Assembly: GCA_044225175.1 (NCBI GenBank)
Contig: JBGAJA010000003.1
Location: 69,428 to 133,427, forward strand
Length of the DNA: 64,000 nt
Source: Candidatus Omnitrophota bacterium
GTDB lineage: Bacteria > Omnitrophota > Gorgyraeia > Zapsychrales > Fredricksoniimonadaceae
Direction: 5' to 3'
Position numbers and translations under genes: made by a program. Numbering within the stretch: the first letter of the stretch is position 1; each line of letters opens with the position of its first letter. Of the stretch, positions 18,594 to 26,852 are shown one piece after another. The notes below the pieces were generated by a model that was given only the letters and a program-made list of their open reading frames with translations, was not told the DNA's origin and ran no database searches.

Positions 18594-21098
18594 ATGGATA
18601 CAACCCGCAAAAATCATTATGTCCCTAAATGGTATCAGAAGCGATTCTTATCTTCGGAGAAGAGTGCTTTTCATTACCTGAATCTCAACCCATCTTTAAT
18701 TAAGATTTCTAATGGCACAAAGCTAAGCAAGGCTATTGACTGGCCGTGTAGTCCTAGACAATGTTTTTGGGAACAGGATCTTTATAACACGTCGTATTTC
18801 GGCTTTATTGATGATGAAATCGAAAGGCGTCTGTTTGGGGAAATTGATCGTACTGGGGCCAAAGCGATTGATGCCATGGCCGCTCAGGATATGAGGCGGA
18901 TGCACGCAACGTTCGAGGACTTCTTTGAGTATATTGATGGACAGAGAATCCGCACTCCCAAAGGGCTGGCATGGCTTAAATCTAAATATCCTAATCTGAC
19001 ACATAATCAATTGCTGATGGAAATGCAGCGTATACGGCAAATGCACTGCACCCTTTGGGTGGAGGCAGTTCGGGAAATAGTGTACGCGGACACTTCTGCT
19101 GTGAAGTTCCTTGTCTCGGACAATCCCGTTACTTTTTATAACCACGCTTGTAATCCTGATTCAGAAGAATGTCGTTACCCGGATGACCCAAGAATTGAGA
19201 TGAAAGCGACGCAGACCATTTTTCCTTTAGACAGCAATCGTTGCCTTATTTTGACCAATTTGGACTATGCTCGTAATCCAAATCTAGCGGATCCCAAGGC
19301 TTGGAGACCCAATGCTAATCCTTTTCGTCCGACTATGGGAAGAATTGATACAACGATTTGTGAGCGACACTTGCAAGATCACGAAGTGGTGGCTATCAAC
19401 TACATAATCAAAAGTAGGGCAAAGCAATACATAGCTGCGGAAAAAAGGGAATGGCTTGAGCCCGAGAAGATTTTTAAAGGCGATTGGAAAGTAGCGGGTA
19501 AGGTGTTATTGCCTCCAAAAGATGAGTTGCACCATTTCGGTGGAGAAATGTATGGTCAGTATGAAGATGGCCGATATTTCTATCGTGATGCGTATGGCAG
19601 AACTCATGGGGAAGCAGAACACTTAAAGAAAGATCCTCCAAAAGGCAAGATTGGTGCCAACCATCCTTGTACGTGCGGCAGTGGTAAGAAGTACAAGAAA
19701 TGTTGTCGTGATAAGGCTGAGGAAGATAGACCTTCTAGCTCCCAACGCAGTATTCGGGAGAGAAATTTGATGTTTTTCAGCATTGTCTCCAAGATTCTAG
19801 GACTTGAAGAAAATAATTGGACCGAAGTAAGAAGGCAACTTACTGACAAGAAGGTCGTTGATGTTCATAAGGCTGTTGCGGCATTGTGGCCTCCGGATAC
19901 GGACTTAATGGCTTTGCTACCGCGACCGGATGCCAAAGTTTCACGGGCTCTTTATTCAGGATTATTAGATCCCAGGGTCACATACAAAGATATTGCGGCA
20001 CTTTTGCCTTATGTGGACGAGATTTTGTTGATAAATCCATTTTTAAACCCAAATGTACTTCAGAAGAAATTTAATCCCATTGATAATCCTGCTCAATTTA
20101 GGTATGAAACGCTAAAGAATGTGCTTTTCTTAATGCCTTTGATGCCTTTGATCTCAGCCGGAAGGGTTAATGTGATTCCTGATCCCTTACATTTTAATCC
20201 TGCTTTAAGACAACAAATTTGGGCAGAAGCTGAAAAGCGTCGGGGAAAAGTTCAGATAGACGAAAAGATGATGAAATCAAATACAGAATTTGCAAAGGAT
20301 GACTTCAGGCGATTCATTTTTAGCGGTCCGGAAGATCGAATAAGGAGATTTGTTAAGAAAACAAATCCCGACATGACGGATGTAGAAATGGAGAAGTTTC
20401 TTGCTTATACACGGAAGCAGAACGAAGAAGATCCTCTCGTTTTGCTTGATCCAGCCACCGCTCAAGATGGTCAAGGCCAAGTCATGGTATTTCATCTAAA
20501 CCCTAATTTTGAATTAGGGATGTTTTTAGCTCAAGCGACAGGATCATTTATTGTCACATCCCATCCGTATAGATGGTCTGAGATTTGCTCATCAATAGAC
20601 TATTTCTATAGTGGTGCTCAATCAGCATGGGATCCTATCGCCAAATACATAATGGATTTTGAAATGGATTTTGCGCATTTCTCAGATCAAAGAGACTTTG
20701 TGTCTATGCTTAATGGCGGCGGGTTTCCAGACATGAAAAGCGCTTTAAGAAATGTCTGGAATATGGTGCAGACTGAAAGGCCCGTAGATGCTTCACAAAT
20801 AGACGGGCTTTTGAAAGATATTGACCATGGGCGAGAAAAAACGAAAGTGTCGATCGACAAACTAATGCAGCAGAAAAATGACGATCAGGCAGAATATTTG
20901 AGAGTAATAAAAACCAAAGCAAAGCTAAGTGCTAAGATTGCACCTGCTGGACATAGTACTAGTTTGGTGTATCGGCAGCTTTTGGCTCATGCGGGGCATG
21001 ATAAGTATCTAAAGGCTTTACCGTTGGCATTGTACATTGAACATGAAGAAATCAATGAAGATGGACTGGCTAAACAGCCAGAACAAGCGCCTTCTTAA
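18594..21098 (+). CDS. DUF4238-domain protein with SEC-C motif
   Basis: N-terminal NHYVPKWYQKRF, FLVSDNPV and FPLDSNRCL; KIGANHPCTCGSGKKYKKCC (SEC-C). Confidence 0.8.
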   Translation: MDTTRKNHYVPKWYQKRFLSSEKSAFHYLNLNPSLIKISNGTKLSKAIDWPCSPRQCFWEQDLYNTSYFGFIDDEIERRLFGEIDRTGAKAIDAMAAQDMRRMHATFEDFFEYIDGQRIRTPKGLAWLKSKYPNLTHNQLLMEMQRIRQMHCTLWVEAVREIVYADTSAVKFLVSDNPVTFYNHACNPDSEECRYPDDPRIEMKATQTIFPLDSNRCLILTNLDYARNPNLADPKAWRPNANPFRPTMGRIDTTICERHLQDHEVVAINYIIKSRAKQYIAAEKREWLEPEKIFKGDWKVAGKVLLPPKDELHHFGGEMYGQYEDGRYFYRDAYGRTHGEAEHLKKDPPKGKIGANHPCTCGSGKKYKKCCRDKAEEDRPSSSQRSIRERNLMFFSIVSKILGLEENNWTEVRRQLTDKKVVDVHKAVAALWPPDTDLMALLPRPDAKVSRALYSGLLDPRVTYKDIAALLPYVDEILLINPFLNPNVLQKKFNPIDNPAQFRYETLKNVLFLMPLMPLISAGRVNVIPDPLHFNPALRQQIWAEAEKRRGKVQIDEKMMKSNTEFAKDDFRRFIFSGPEDRIRRFVKKTNPDMTDVEMEKFLAYTRKQNEEDPLVLLDPATAQDGQGQVMVFHLNPNFELGMFLAQATGSFIVTSHPYRWSEICSSIDYFYSGAQSAWDPIAKYIMDFEMDFAHFSDQRDFVSMLNGGGFPDMKSALRNVWNMVQTERPVDASQIDGLLKDIDHGREKTKVSIDKLMQQKNDDQAEYLRVIKTKAKLSAKIAPAGHSTSLVYRQLLAHAGHDKYLKALPLALYIEHEEINEDGLAKQPEQAPS

Positions 21099-21232
21099 TT
21101 GTCATATGGAGATTAGATTCTTTCCTTGGGGCAGGGGGCATGTTTCTTCTTTGCTATTTTTGGGGTTGAGAGTAAAATTACTTTATGATTAACATACTCA
21201 TGCAATTGAGCGTCTTTTAGTTATGGGAACTA

Positions 21233-21865
21233 ATGAACATTGAGATTTTAAGTAAGATTAGCGGGTATTTACAAATTGGTATCTTTGTGTGCGGGATCCT
21301 CACCACTGGGTTAGCATTTGTTAAATATAAAATTGATAAACAAATTGGATCTTCCAAAGATCTCCAGATTAAACAGCTTGATAGTTATTCTGAATTTTAT
21401 CGTTTAAGTGTATCTGTCCGAGCCGATAGTAGAGCGGCTCTCGACAAGCTCAAAGAGATATCTCAAAATAAATATGATGTTAGACAATCTTTGGTTGCCG
21501 ACACGCTAAAAGATTTTCCTAAAGAAGCAGAGCACATAAATCTCTTAGAATACCCCATTGATTGGCAACAGATTGGTATTGATCCCACAAAAGCTACGCT
21601 AGAAGTCTTTCAAGAACTATATAATCATGCTGCGCCAGTGTACCAAAGTAAAATAATGCAGACTGTTTGGGGCGCTACACAGATTCAAAAGAAAGAAAAG
21701 ATTCAGTTCTTGATTGATATTATACGTACCACTCCATCCGTTAGGTGTTTAAGGGAGGCATGTATTCTTTTGAATCCAGAAGCAAAGCTGGGCAGGAATT
21801 TTATGCTATGGGAAGAATATATTAAATGGTGGGATAATAACAAGGATAAGTATCAGAAGTCATAA
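21233..21865 (+). CDS. hypothetical membrane-anchored protein
   Basis: 210-aa ORF with an N-terminal TM helix. Confidence 0.6.
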   Translation: MNIEILSKISGYLQIGIFVCGILTTGLAFVKYKIDKQIGSSKDLQIKQLDSYSEFYRLSVSVRADSRAALDKLKEISQNKYDVRQSLVADTLKDFPKEAEHINLLEYPIDWQQIGIDPTKATLEVFQELYNHAAPVYQSKIMQTVWGATQIQKKEKIQFLIDIIRTTPSVRCLREACILLNPEAKLGRNFMLWEEYIKWWDNNKDKYQKS

Positions 21866-21884
21866 AACGTATACGGAGATCATT

Positions 21885-22196
21885 ATGAAGAATATAATGC
21901 TTTGCCTTTTGGTGTCATTATTTTTAGTTGGCTGCGGCGAGAATGACGGAAGATTTGAAGTGAAGAATGTTAAATTACCTGTGCGGACCACAATCGCAGC
22001 AAATACGGTAAATGCGGGGGGTTCAAGAATTGAATACCAGGAAGAACTTATAAAGGTTGATACCAAAACCGGTAAGGTATGGAAGCTACAGCATGGTTCT
22101 AGCCAGATTGGAGGAAGTATTTCTGAGTTCAGCTTATGGGATGAACTGGGCAATACTTATCGTGAGAACGGCAAAGATGTAAGGAAGCCTCAGTAA
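21885..22196 (+). CDS. lipoprotein
   Basis: GGAG RBS; lipobox LVGC. Confidence 0.7.
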   Translation: MKNIMLCLLVSLFLVGCGENDGRFEVKNVKLPVRTTIAANTVNAGGSRIEYQEELIKVDTKTGKVWKLQHGSSQIGGSISEFSLWDELGNTYRENGKDVRKPQ

Positions 22197-22244
22197 GAGC
22201 TCTTATTAATTAGTCGATGAGTAATCGGTAGCTTTAAATGTAGC

Positions 22245-22280
22245 TTAAAAGTTCTTTCTTTTAACCAGACTGGGACCCCA
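22245..22280 (-). repeat. att-like site 1 (candidate attR)
   Basis: GACCCCAT core; minus strand reads WGPSLVKRKNF*. Confidence 0.55.
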
Positions 22281-22325
22281 TTTCTATCGCCCTGTCCCTA
22301 TTTAGGGGACTGGCCCTTTCTACTT

Positions 22326-22679
22326 TCTACGTTATCTGGTAAGGCGTATATTTCTTTATTTAAAGAAGCTAAAGCCAAAGGTTACAGAATTACAGTTTTT
22401 TATTTAAGTATTCCAAGTAATAAGCTTGCTCAAGAGAGAGTGAAGCAGCGCGTTAAAGAGGGTGGGCATAATGTGCCAATAGTTGATATTAATAGGCGAT
22501 TTATTAGAAGTTGGCAGAATTTCATTAACCTTTATATGCCACTAACAGATTCTTGGTTGTTACTTGATAATTCAATGCTTAAACCAATTGAAGTAGCAAA
22601 ATGTGATCATGGTAAGATCAAAGTTTTGAATAAATCTTTATATAAAGAATTAATGGAGGGTAGAGATGACAAGTCTTAA
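22326..22679 (+). pseudogene. 5'-truncated zeta-toxin-like/AAA_33 kinase
   Basis: STLSGKAYISLFKEAKAKGYRITVFYLSIPSNKLAQERVKQRVKEGGHNVP is a paralog of 23518-24090 without the P-loop. Confidence 0.8.
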
Positions 22680-22833
22680 ATCTAGTACATTAATTTTAAA
22701 TAAAGCAGGAAAAGCAATGCGAAGTGCTGTACGTAAGGTTTTAGCAGAAAAGAAATTGAGAGGTGAGCCTGCTATTATTTGGAAGGATGGCAAGGTTGTA
22801 AAAGTCCCTGCAAGTCAATTAAGCAAAGCTTAA
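22666..22833 (+). CDS. small partner (antitoxin-like) protein, 55 aa
   Basis: GGAGG RBS; MTSLKSSTLILNKAGKAMRSAVRKVLAEKKLRGEPAIIWKDGKVVKVPASQLSKA; paralog of 24087-24257. Confidence 0.75.
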   Translation: MTSLKSSTLILNKAGKAMRSAVRKVLAEKKLRGEPAIIWKDGKVVKVPASQLSKA

Positions 22834-22866
22834 GCAGGTACGGATAACGTCCCGCCAGCGACCCCA
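22819..22866 (-). repeat. att-like site 2
   Basis: CGGATAACGTCCCGCCAGCGACCCCA; 14/16 identical to the tRNA-His 3' end; minus strand reads WGRWRDVIRTCLSFA*. Confidence 0.8.
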
Positions 22867-22920
22867 GCTCTTGTAACACCTTGAATTTTATGAAGTTAAA
22901 AAGTTCGAGGCTGTCCCATG

Positions 22921-22956
22921 ACCCTTCGCAATTAATTTTGCGAAGGGTTTAATTTT
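22921..22956 (+). terminator. intrinsic terminator
   Basis: ACCCTTCGCAA/TTGCGAAGGGT 11-bp stem with a T-rich tail. Confidence 0.6.
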
Positions 22957-22973
22957 TGTGATATGCTTTCTCT

Positions 22974-23435
22974 ATGCCCTCCCAAGAAAACAAGATTCTT
23001 CAAGAAGCATTTAGCCCAATCTTTAAAAGATACGGGTATAAGAAGCATGGTGCAACATGGCATCATGATAATAAGGAATTGATCTCGTGTTTCAACATAC
23101 AAGGATCGCAATGGTCAAAAGCATTCTATTTAAACTTGGGGATTTATATTAAAGCTTTGGGTGATAAATCTTTTCCTAATGAATATGAATGTCATGTGCG
23201 ATTGCGAATAGAAGGGCTTGTGGATGAGAGATCAAAAGTGCATCAATTGCTAGATTTTGAGAATTCTCTGCCTCAAGAGTCTCGGCTTAAAGAATTAACC
23301 AAGATCGTTGAAGATAAAGTTATTCCGTGGTTTCAGAAAATTAGCACCTCGGAAGATTTGCGGAAGATGATTTTAGAAATGAAGCTACAAGTAGTAACAA
23401 AGATCGCTAAAGAACATCTTGGCATTATTGATTAA
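22974..23435 (+). CDS. DUF4304-like protein
   Basis: FSPIFKRYGYKKHGATW...FNIQGSQWSKAFYLNLGIY...ECHVRLRI pattern. Confidence 0.65.
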   Translation: MPSQENKILQEAFSPIFKRYGYKKHGATWHHDNKELISCFNIQGSQWSKAFYLNLGIYIKALGDKSFPNEYECHVRLRIEGLVDERSKVHQLLDFENSLPQESRLKELTKIVEDKVIPWFQKISTSEDLRKMILEMKLQVVTKIAKEHLGIID

Positions 23436-23475
23436 AGATAAAATAGTTACAAAACTCGTCCCGTAAGTGACCCCA
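23425..23475 (-). repeat. att-like site 3
   Basis: GTCCCGTAAGTGACCCCA (15/18 to site 2); minus strand reads WGHLRDEFCNYFIFNQ*. Confidence 0.7.
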
Positions 23476-23517
23476 GTTTTTTCCTCTCAAGCTTAGGTTT
23501 TATGGTAGACTTTAATC

Positions 23518-24090
23518 ATGCCTAAGCTTTATATAATTGCTGGTCCTAATGGCGCCGGAAAAACTACATTTGCTAAAGAATTTCTTCCTTCCTATGCGAA
23601 ATGTTCCAATTTTGTCAATGCAGATTTGATTGCGTTAGGTCTTTCTCCTTTCAGTCCAGCTCAAGTCAGTATTAAGGCTGGTAAATTGTTACTCGGTGAA
23701 ATCGATAATTTCATAATCCGTAAGATGGATTTCGCCTTTGAAACAACTCTCGCTGGAAGAACATATATAAATTTAATCAAAGAAGTTAAATCTAAAGGAT
23801 ATTCTGTACACATTTTCTTTTTGTGGATACCCAGCGAGGATTTAGCTAAACAAAGAATAAAGCAACGGGTCAAACAAGGTGGGCATCATGTGCCTGATGC
23901 AGATGTCAAAAGAAGGTTACGCCGTAGTCTGAAGAATTTTTTTAATCACTATAGTCCCTTGGTTGATGGATGGGACATTTTTGATAATTCCGGATCAGAG
24001 CCAAAATTGGTGGTTAAATCTAATGAAAAAGGGTTTCAGATTATTGATAAAGAACTTTATCGATATTTGCTCAACAAGGAGAACATATGA
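23518..24090 (+). CDS. zeta-toxin-like/AAA_33 P-loop kinase
   Basis: IAGPNGAGKTT, FVNADLIA, FAFETTLAG, RVKQGGHHVP, FDNS. Confidence 0.88.
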   Translation: MPKLYIIAGPNGAGKTTFAKEFLPSYAKCSNFVNADLIALGLSPFSPAQVSIKAGKLLLGEIDNFIIRKMDFAFETTLAGRTYINLIKEVKSKGYSVHIFFLWIPSEDLAKQRIKQRVKQGGHHVPDADVKRRLRRSLKNFFNHYSPLVDGWDIFDNSGSEPKLVVKSNEKGFQIIDKELYRYLLNKENI

Positions 24091-24257
24091 TTAAGAAAGT
24101 CGAAGGTGATGTTCTTTCTAAGAAAGCAGAAAAAGCCATGAAGAAGGCTGTGCAAGGTGTGATTGCAGACCGCAAAATGCGAGGCGAGCCTTTGATCATT
24201 TGGAAGAACGGTAAAGTTGTAAAGATTCCTGCTAAGGACTTAAAGCGGTTCGGATAA
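24087..24257 (+). CDS. small partner (antitoxin-like) protein, 56 aa
   Basis: AGGAG RBS, ATGA overlap with the kinase; MIKKVEGDVLSKKAEKAMKKAVQGVIADRKMRGEPLIIWKNGKVVKIPAKDLKRFG. Confidence 0.8.
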   Translation: MIKKVEGDVLSKKAEKAMKKAVQGVIADRKMRGEPLIIWKNGKVVKIPAKDLKRFG

Positions 24258-24276
24258 CCTCCCGCCAGCGACCCCA
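24232..24276 (-). repeat. att-like site 4
   Basis: CGGATAACCTCCCGCCAGCGACCCCA (25/26 to site 2); minus strand reads WGRWREVIRTALSP*. Confidence 0.8.
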
Positions 24277-24282
24277 TTTTTA

Positions 24283-24320
24283 GACCCTTATAACTAAAAA
24301 GTTATAAGGGTTTTTTATTT
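24283..24320 (+). terminator. terminator hairpin with TAAC/GTTA core
   Basis: ACCCTTATAAC-TAAAAA-GTTATAAGGGT plus T-tract. Confidence 0.7.
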
Positions 24321-24370
24321 AGAGCTATAATGGGGGCACTTTTGAATTAAATCATATATGGAGGTAAGCT

Positions 24371-24802
24371 ATGGCATCAATAAATCCACACATTAATTTC
24401 AACGGAAATGCCGAAGAAGCATTTACATTTTACAAATCGATGTTCGGCGGAGAATTTGCAAAGGTGATGCGTTTTAAAGACCTCGCAAGCCCGGGATTTG
24501 AAATCGCAGAAAAAGATAAGAATAAGATTATGCACATTGCTTTGCCTATCGGTAAAAGCAGTATGTTAATGGCAAACGACGTGCCAGAATTTATGGGAAA
24601 GACTAATGAGCGTGAGAATAGAAGCAAGATTGTCATAAGTGCAGATAGCAAAGAAGAGGCAGATAAATTATTTCATGGTCTTTCAGCTGGTGGAGAAGTA
24701 GAGATGCCAATTGGGAAAAGCCCCTGGGGTTCATACTTTGGTATGTTTAGAGATAAATACGGTATTGAATGGATAGTAGATTTTGACCCTAAGAGGTTTT
24801 AA
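24371..24802 (+). CDS. VOC/PhnB-family protein
   Basis: PHINFNGNAEEAFTFYKSMFGGE, IMHIAL, PWGSYFGMFRDKYGIEW; GGAGG RBS. Confidence 0.9.
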   Translation: MASINPHINFNGNAEEAFTFYKSMFGGEFAKVMRFKDLASPGFEIAEKDKNKIMHIALPIGKSSMLMANDVPEFMGKTNERENRSKIVISADSKEEADKLFHGLSAGGEVEMPIGKSPWGSYFGMFRDKYGIEWIVDFDPKRF

Positions 24803-24836
24803 CAGCTATAGGCCATGGCCCGTTTTCAATAACATA

Positions 24837-24872
24837 AACCCCTGTGACGTAAGAAGTTACAGGTTTTTTTTG
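24837..24872 (+). terminator. terminator hairpin of the same family
   Basis: CCTGTGAC-GTAAGAA-GTTACAGG plus T-tract. Confidence 0.65.
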
Positions 24873-24983
24873 ACCGGTAGCGGAACCCGCAGCAAATGAA
24901 ATAGTTTTTATAGGATTTGAAGTTGATGAAGAGTTCTCTATAATGCAATTAACAAAGAAATAGAACTGCATAGGGGCATTTCA

Positions 24984-25691
24984 ATGAATAATAAAATATC
25001 TGTGGTTGTTGCATTTCTTTTTCTGTTGATGTTTATTATCTGGAGTCAAATCAAAACTCCTGTCACCGATCAGGAGAATCAACCTACCGTTATTAATTCC
25101 CAGTCAGTCCCCATAGAAGAAAAAAAGATTCCTGAGGGAGATGTCATTCGAAAAACACGCGTCCAGCGAGGAGGAGATTTTACAGAAAACATTTTTTATG
25201 TGGGAGAAGTGGTCATTGCAGCTCAAAAGGTCTATGTGAACGGAACAATTGAAGAGACCGATCAAATCCCTGATGGAAAAGTCAAGTTTGAGGATGAATA
25301 CGAACAGACATATGGAGAAGAATATTATGAAAATGGGAAAAAGCACGGTAGTGTCACTGTTTATTACAACAGTGGGAAGTTAAAATCTGAGCAATTGTAC
25401 CAATACGGACAACTCATGAAAAATAAAGAGTATTATGAAAATGGATCCGTGCGTTTTGAGGTTGATTATTCGAATGCTATAACTGGGATTGATCAAAAAG
25501 AATCAGGGATTGGAAAACTTTATTATCCCAATGGCCTGCTTAAATATGAATGGAATCATACAACAACTCAAAATGAGGGTTATAAGCGGTCTTATAATCA
25601 GGATGGAACCTTAAGGGCAGAAAGCAAATTTGATTCTCAAGGGCATTTTATTGAAAATTCAAAGATTCAGGCTCCCCCACAGGAACTGTAA
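24984..25691 (+). CDS. membrane-anchored MORN-variant repeat (YwqK-like) protein
   Basis: N-terminal TM; repeated YYENGK / YYNSGKLKSE / YYPNGLLKYE. Confidence 0.75.
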   Translation: MNNKISVVVAFLFLLMFIIWSQIKTPVTDQENQPTVINSQSVPIEEKKIPEGDVIRKTRVQRGGDFTENIFYVGEVVIAAQKVYVNGTIEETDQIPDGKVKFEDEYEQTYGEEYYENGKKHGSVTVYYNSGKLKSEQLYQYGQLMKNKEYYENGSVRFEVDYSNAITGIDQKESGIGKLYYPNGLLKYEWNHTTTQNEGYKRSYNQDGTLRAESKFDSQGHFIENSKIQAPPQEL

Positions 25692-25704
25692 ATAGGAAAG
25701 AATA

Positions 25705-25713
25705 TGGTATACT
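25705..25713 (+). promoter_or_regulatory. extended -10 promoter upstream of riboswitch
   Basis: TGGTATACT. Confidence 0.5.
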
Positions 25714-25732
25714 TGTATTGGACGGTTAGTCC

Positions 25733-25857
25733 GTTTGACGAAACGGCAAACCCATCGTAAGGTGGGGACCCTCATAGGCAGGTTCTATGAGGCCATGGCA
25801 AAATCCATGGGCAAAGCTATAGAGTCCTTAATTCAAAGGATAGTCAGCTGTCGAAAC
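25733..25857 (+). ncRNA. c-di-GMP-I (GEMM-I) riboswitch variant
   Basis: GGCAAA-CCCATC-GTAA-GGTGGG-GAC...GCAAAGCTATAGAGTCCT...GATAGTCAGCTGTCGAAA, with a 41-nt insertion. Confidence 0.8.
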
Positions 25858-25870
25858 AAACAGTGTAACG

Positions 25871-25906
25871 ACCTATTCTTTTATTTAAGGGATAGGTTTT
25901 TTTATT
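25871..25906 (+). terminator. riboswitch-associated terminator
   Basis: ACCTATTCTT/AGGGATAGGT stem plus a long T-tract just before the pilin RBS. Confidence 0.75.
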
Positions 25907-25921
25907 GAGGCTTATGAAAAA

Positions 25922-26302
25922 ATGAAAAGAAAAAATCAAAAAGGATTTACCCTGGTAGAAGTTATGGTTTCGGTTTTTATTGTTTTTATAACGATGGTGG
26001 GGACTCTGCAGCTATACGTGCATACTTCGCGCCTGGCGGAAATTGCTGGAGATAAGAGTATCGTTCTTAACGAAGCCCAAAATAAGATGGATGAAATTCG
26101 TAATACCGCCTTTAGTTTGATCGCCTCAACTTATCCTACAGGAACAACATTTGCTTTGCCCTCACAATTAACAGGAAGCGCCACGATTACCTTAGATACA
26201 TCTAACAGTAACATCTATGGTGTCACCATCACGATGACATGGAAGAATAAGAAAGGGTTCGGCTCAACGTTAACACTTGTTAGCAGGATTGCAAATAAAT
26301 GA
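25922..26302 (+). CDS. type IV prepilin-like protein (PilV-like)
   Basis: QKG/FTLVEVMV N-methylation motif. Confidence 0.85.
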   Translation: MKRKNQKGFTLVEVMVSVFIVFITMVGTLQLYVHTSRLAEIAGDKSIVLNEAQNKMDEIRNTAFSLIASTYPTGTTFALPSQLTGSATITLDTSNSNIYGVTITMTWKNKKGFGSTLTLVSRIANK

Positions 26303-26829
26303 TAAATACAAATAGAAACACTCAAGGAATCAGTTTGACGGAAATTTTGGTAACAGTGGCTTTATTGACGTTGCTTTCAGGAGGGGCAGTACAGCTTTTA
26401 ATAGTCGGCTCGGATTCTTATGTTGTTAACAAAAATAAAATAGAATTACAACAGGAGCTTCGAAAATCCGTCGATTGGATCAAAGAGGATTTGCGTCAGA
26501 CAGGTATAAATGGTTTGGTGAATATGAATACAGACACGACCTATACTCAAATCACTTTTCGTGTGGCTGTGGGAGCTGTGGCAGGTGGAACAACCACATG
26601 GTCAAACAACACGATTCAATATATGTTAGGGGGAACAGGAGGGGTACAACTGCGAAGGATCTCTGGTGCTACGACTCAAATTATTGCGCAGAATATAACC
26701 ACATTGCAGTTTAGACGCAATTCCAGCGCCCCCAATATTATTATTGTGACCATAACATCATCCAACAATCAGGGAAAAGGAGGAACAATTTCTCTTAATT
26801 ACAGTGCTAAAATAAATATACGTAATTAA
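26299..26829 (+). CDS. type IV prepilin-like protein (PilW-like)
   Basis: QG/ISLTEILV motif; IKEDLRQ. Confidence 0.8.
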   Translation: MINTNRNTQGISLTEILVTVALLTLLSGGAVQLLIVGSDSYVVNKNKIELQQELRKSVDWIKEDLRQTGINGLVNMNTDTTYTQITFRVAVGAVAGGTTTWSNNTIQYMLGGTGGVQLRRISGATTQIIAQNITTLQFRRNSSAPNIIIVTITSSNNQGKGGTISLNYSAKINIRN

Positions 26830-26852
26830 ATAATGAGAAATTGTAAAAAAAT

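Larger units (their letters stand above)
9061..22280. mobile_element. tRNA-His-integrated serine-recombinase element (tycheposon/satellite-like)
   Basis: Large serine recombinase, MerR-like HTH and primase-helicase operon pointing into tRNA-His, followed by accessory cargo. The nearest att-like repeat of the core (ACCCCAT) is at 22275; the right boundary is inferred. Confidence 0.75.

Noticed and set aside
9055-22280. Intact prophage or conjugative element
   Set aside because: No recognisable capsid, terminase, tail, relaxase or T4SS genes.
22900-22930. GTCCCATGACCCTT as a further att site
   Set aside because: Lacks the CCCA core, gives no tail-like peptide in the integrase frame, and ACCCTTCG is explained as a terminator stem.
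22245-24276. Repeats as a CRISPR array
   Set aside because: Spacing is 0.6-0.8 kb with genes in between, and no cas genes are present.
24872-24892. ACCGGTAGCGGAACCCGCA as an att relic
   Set aside because: Needs gaps to align and encodes no tail-like peptide.
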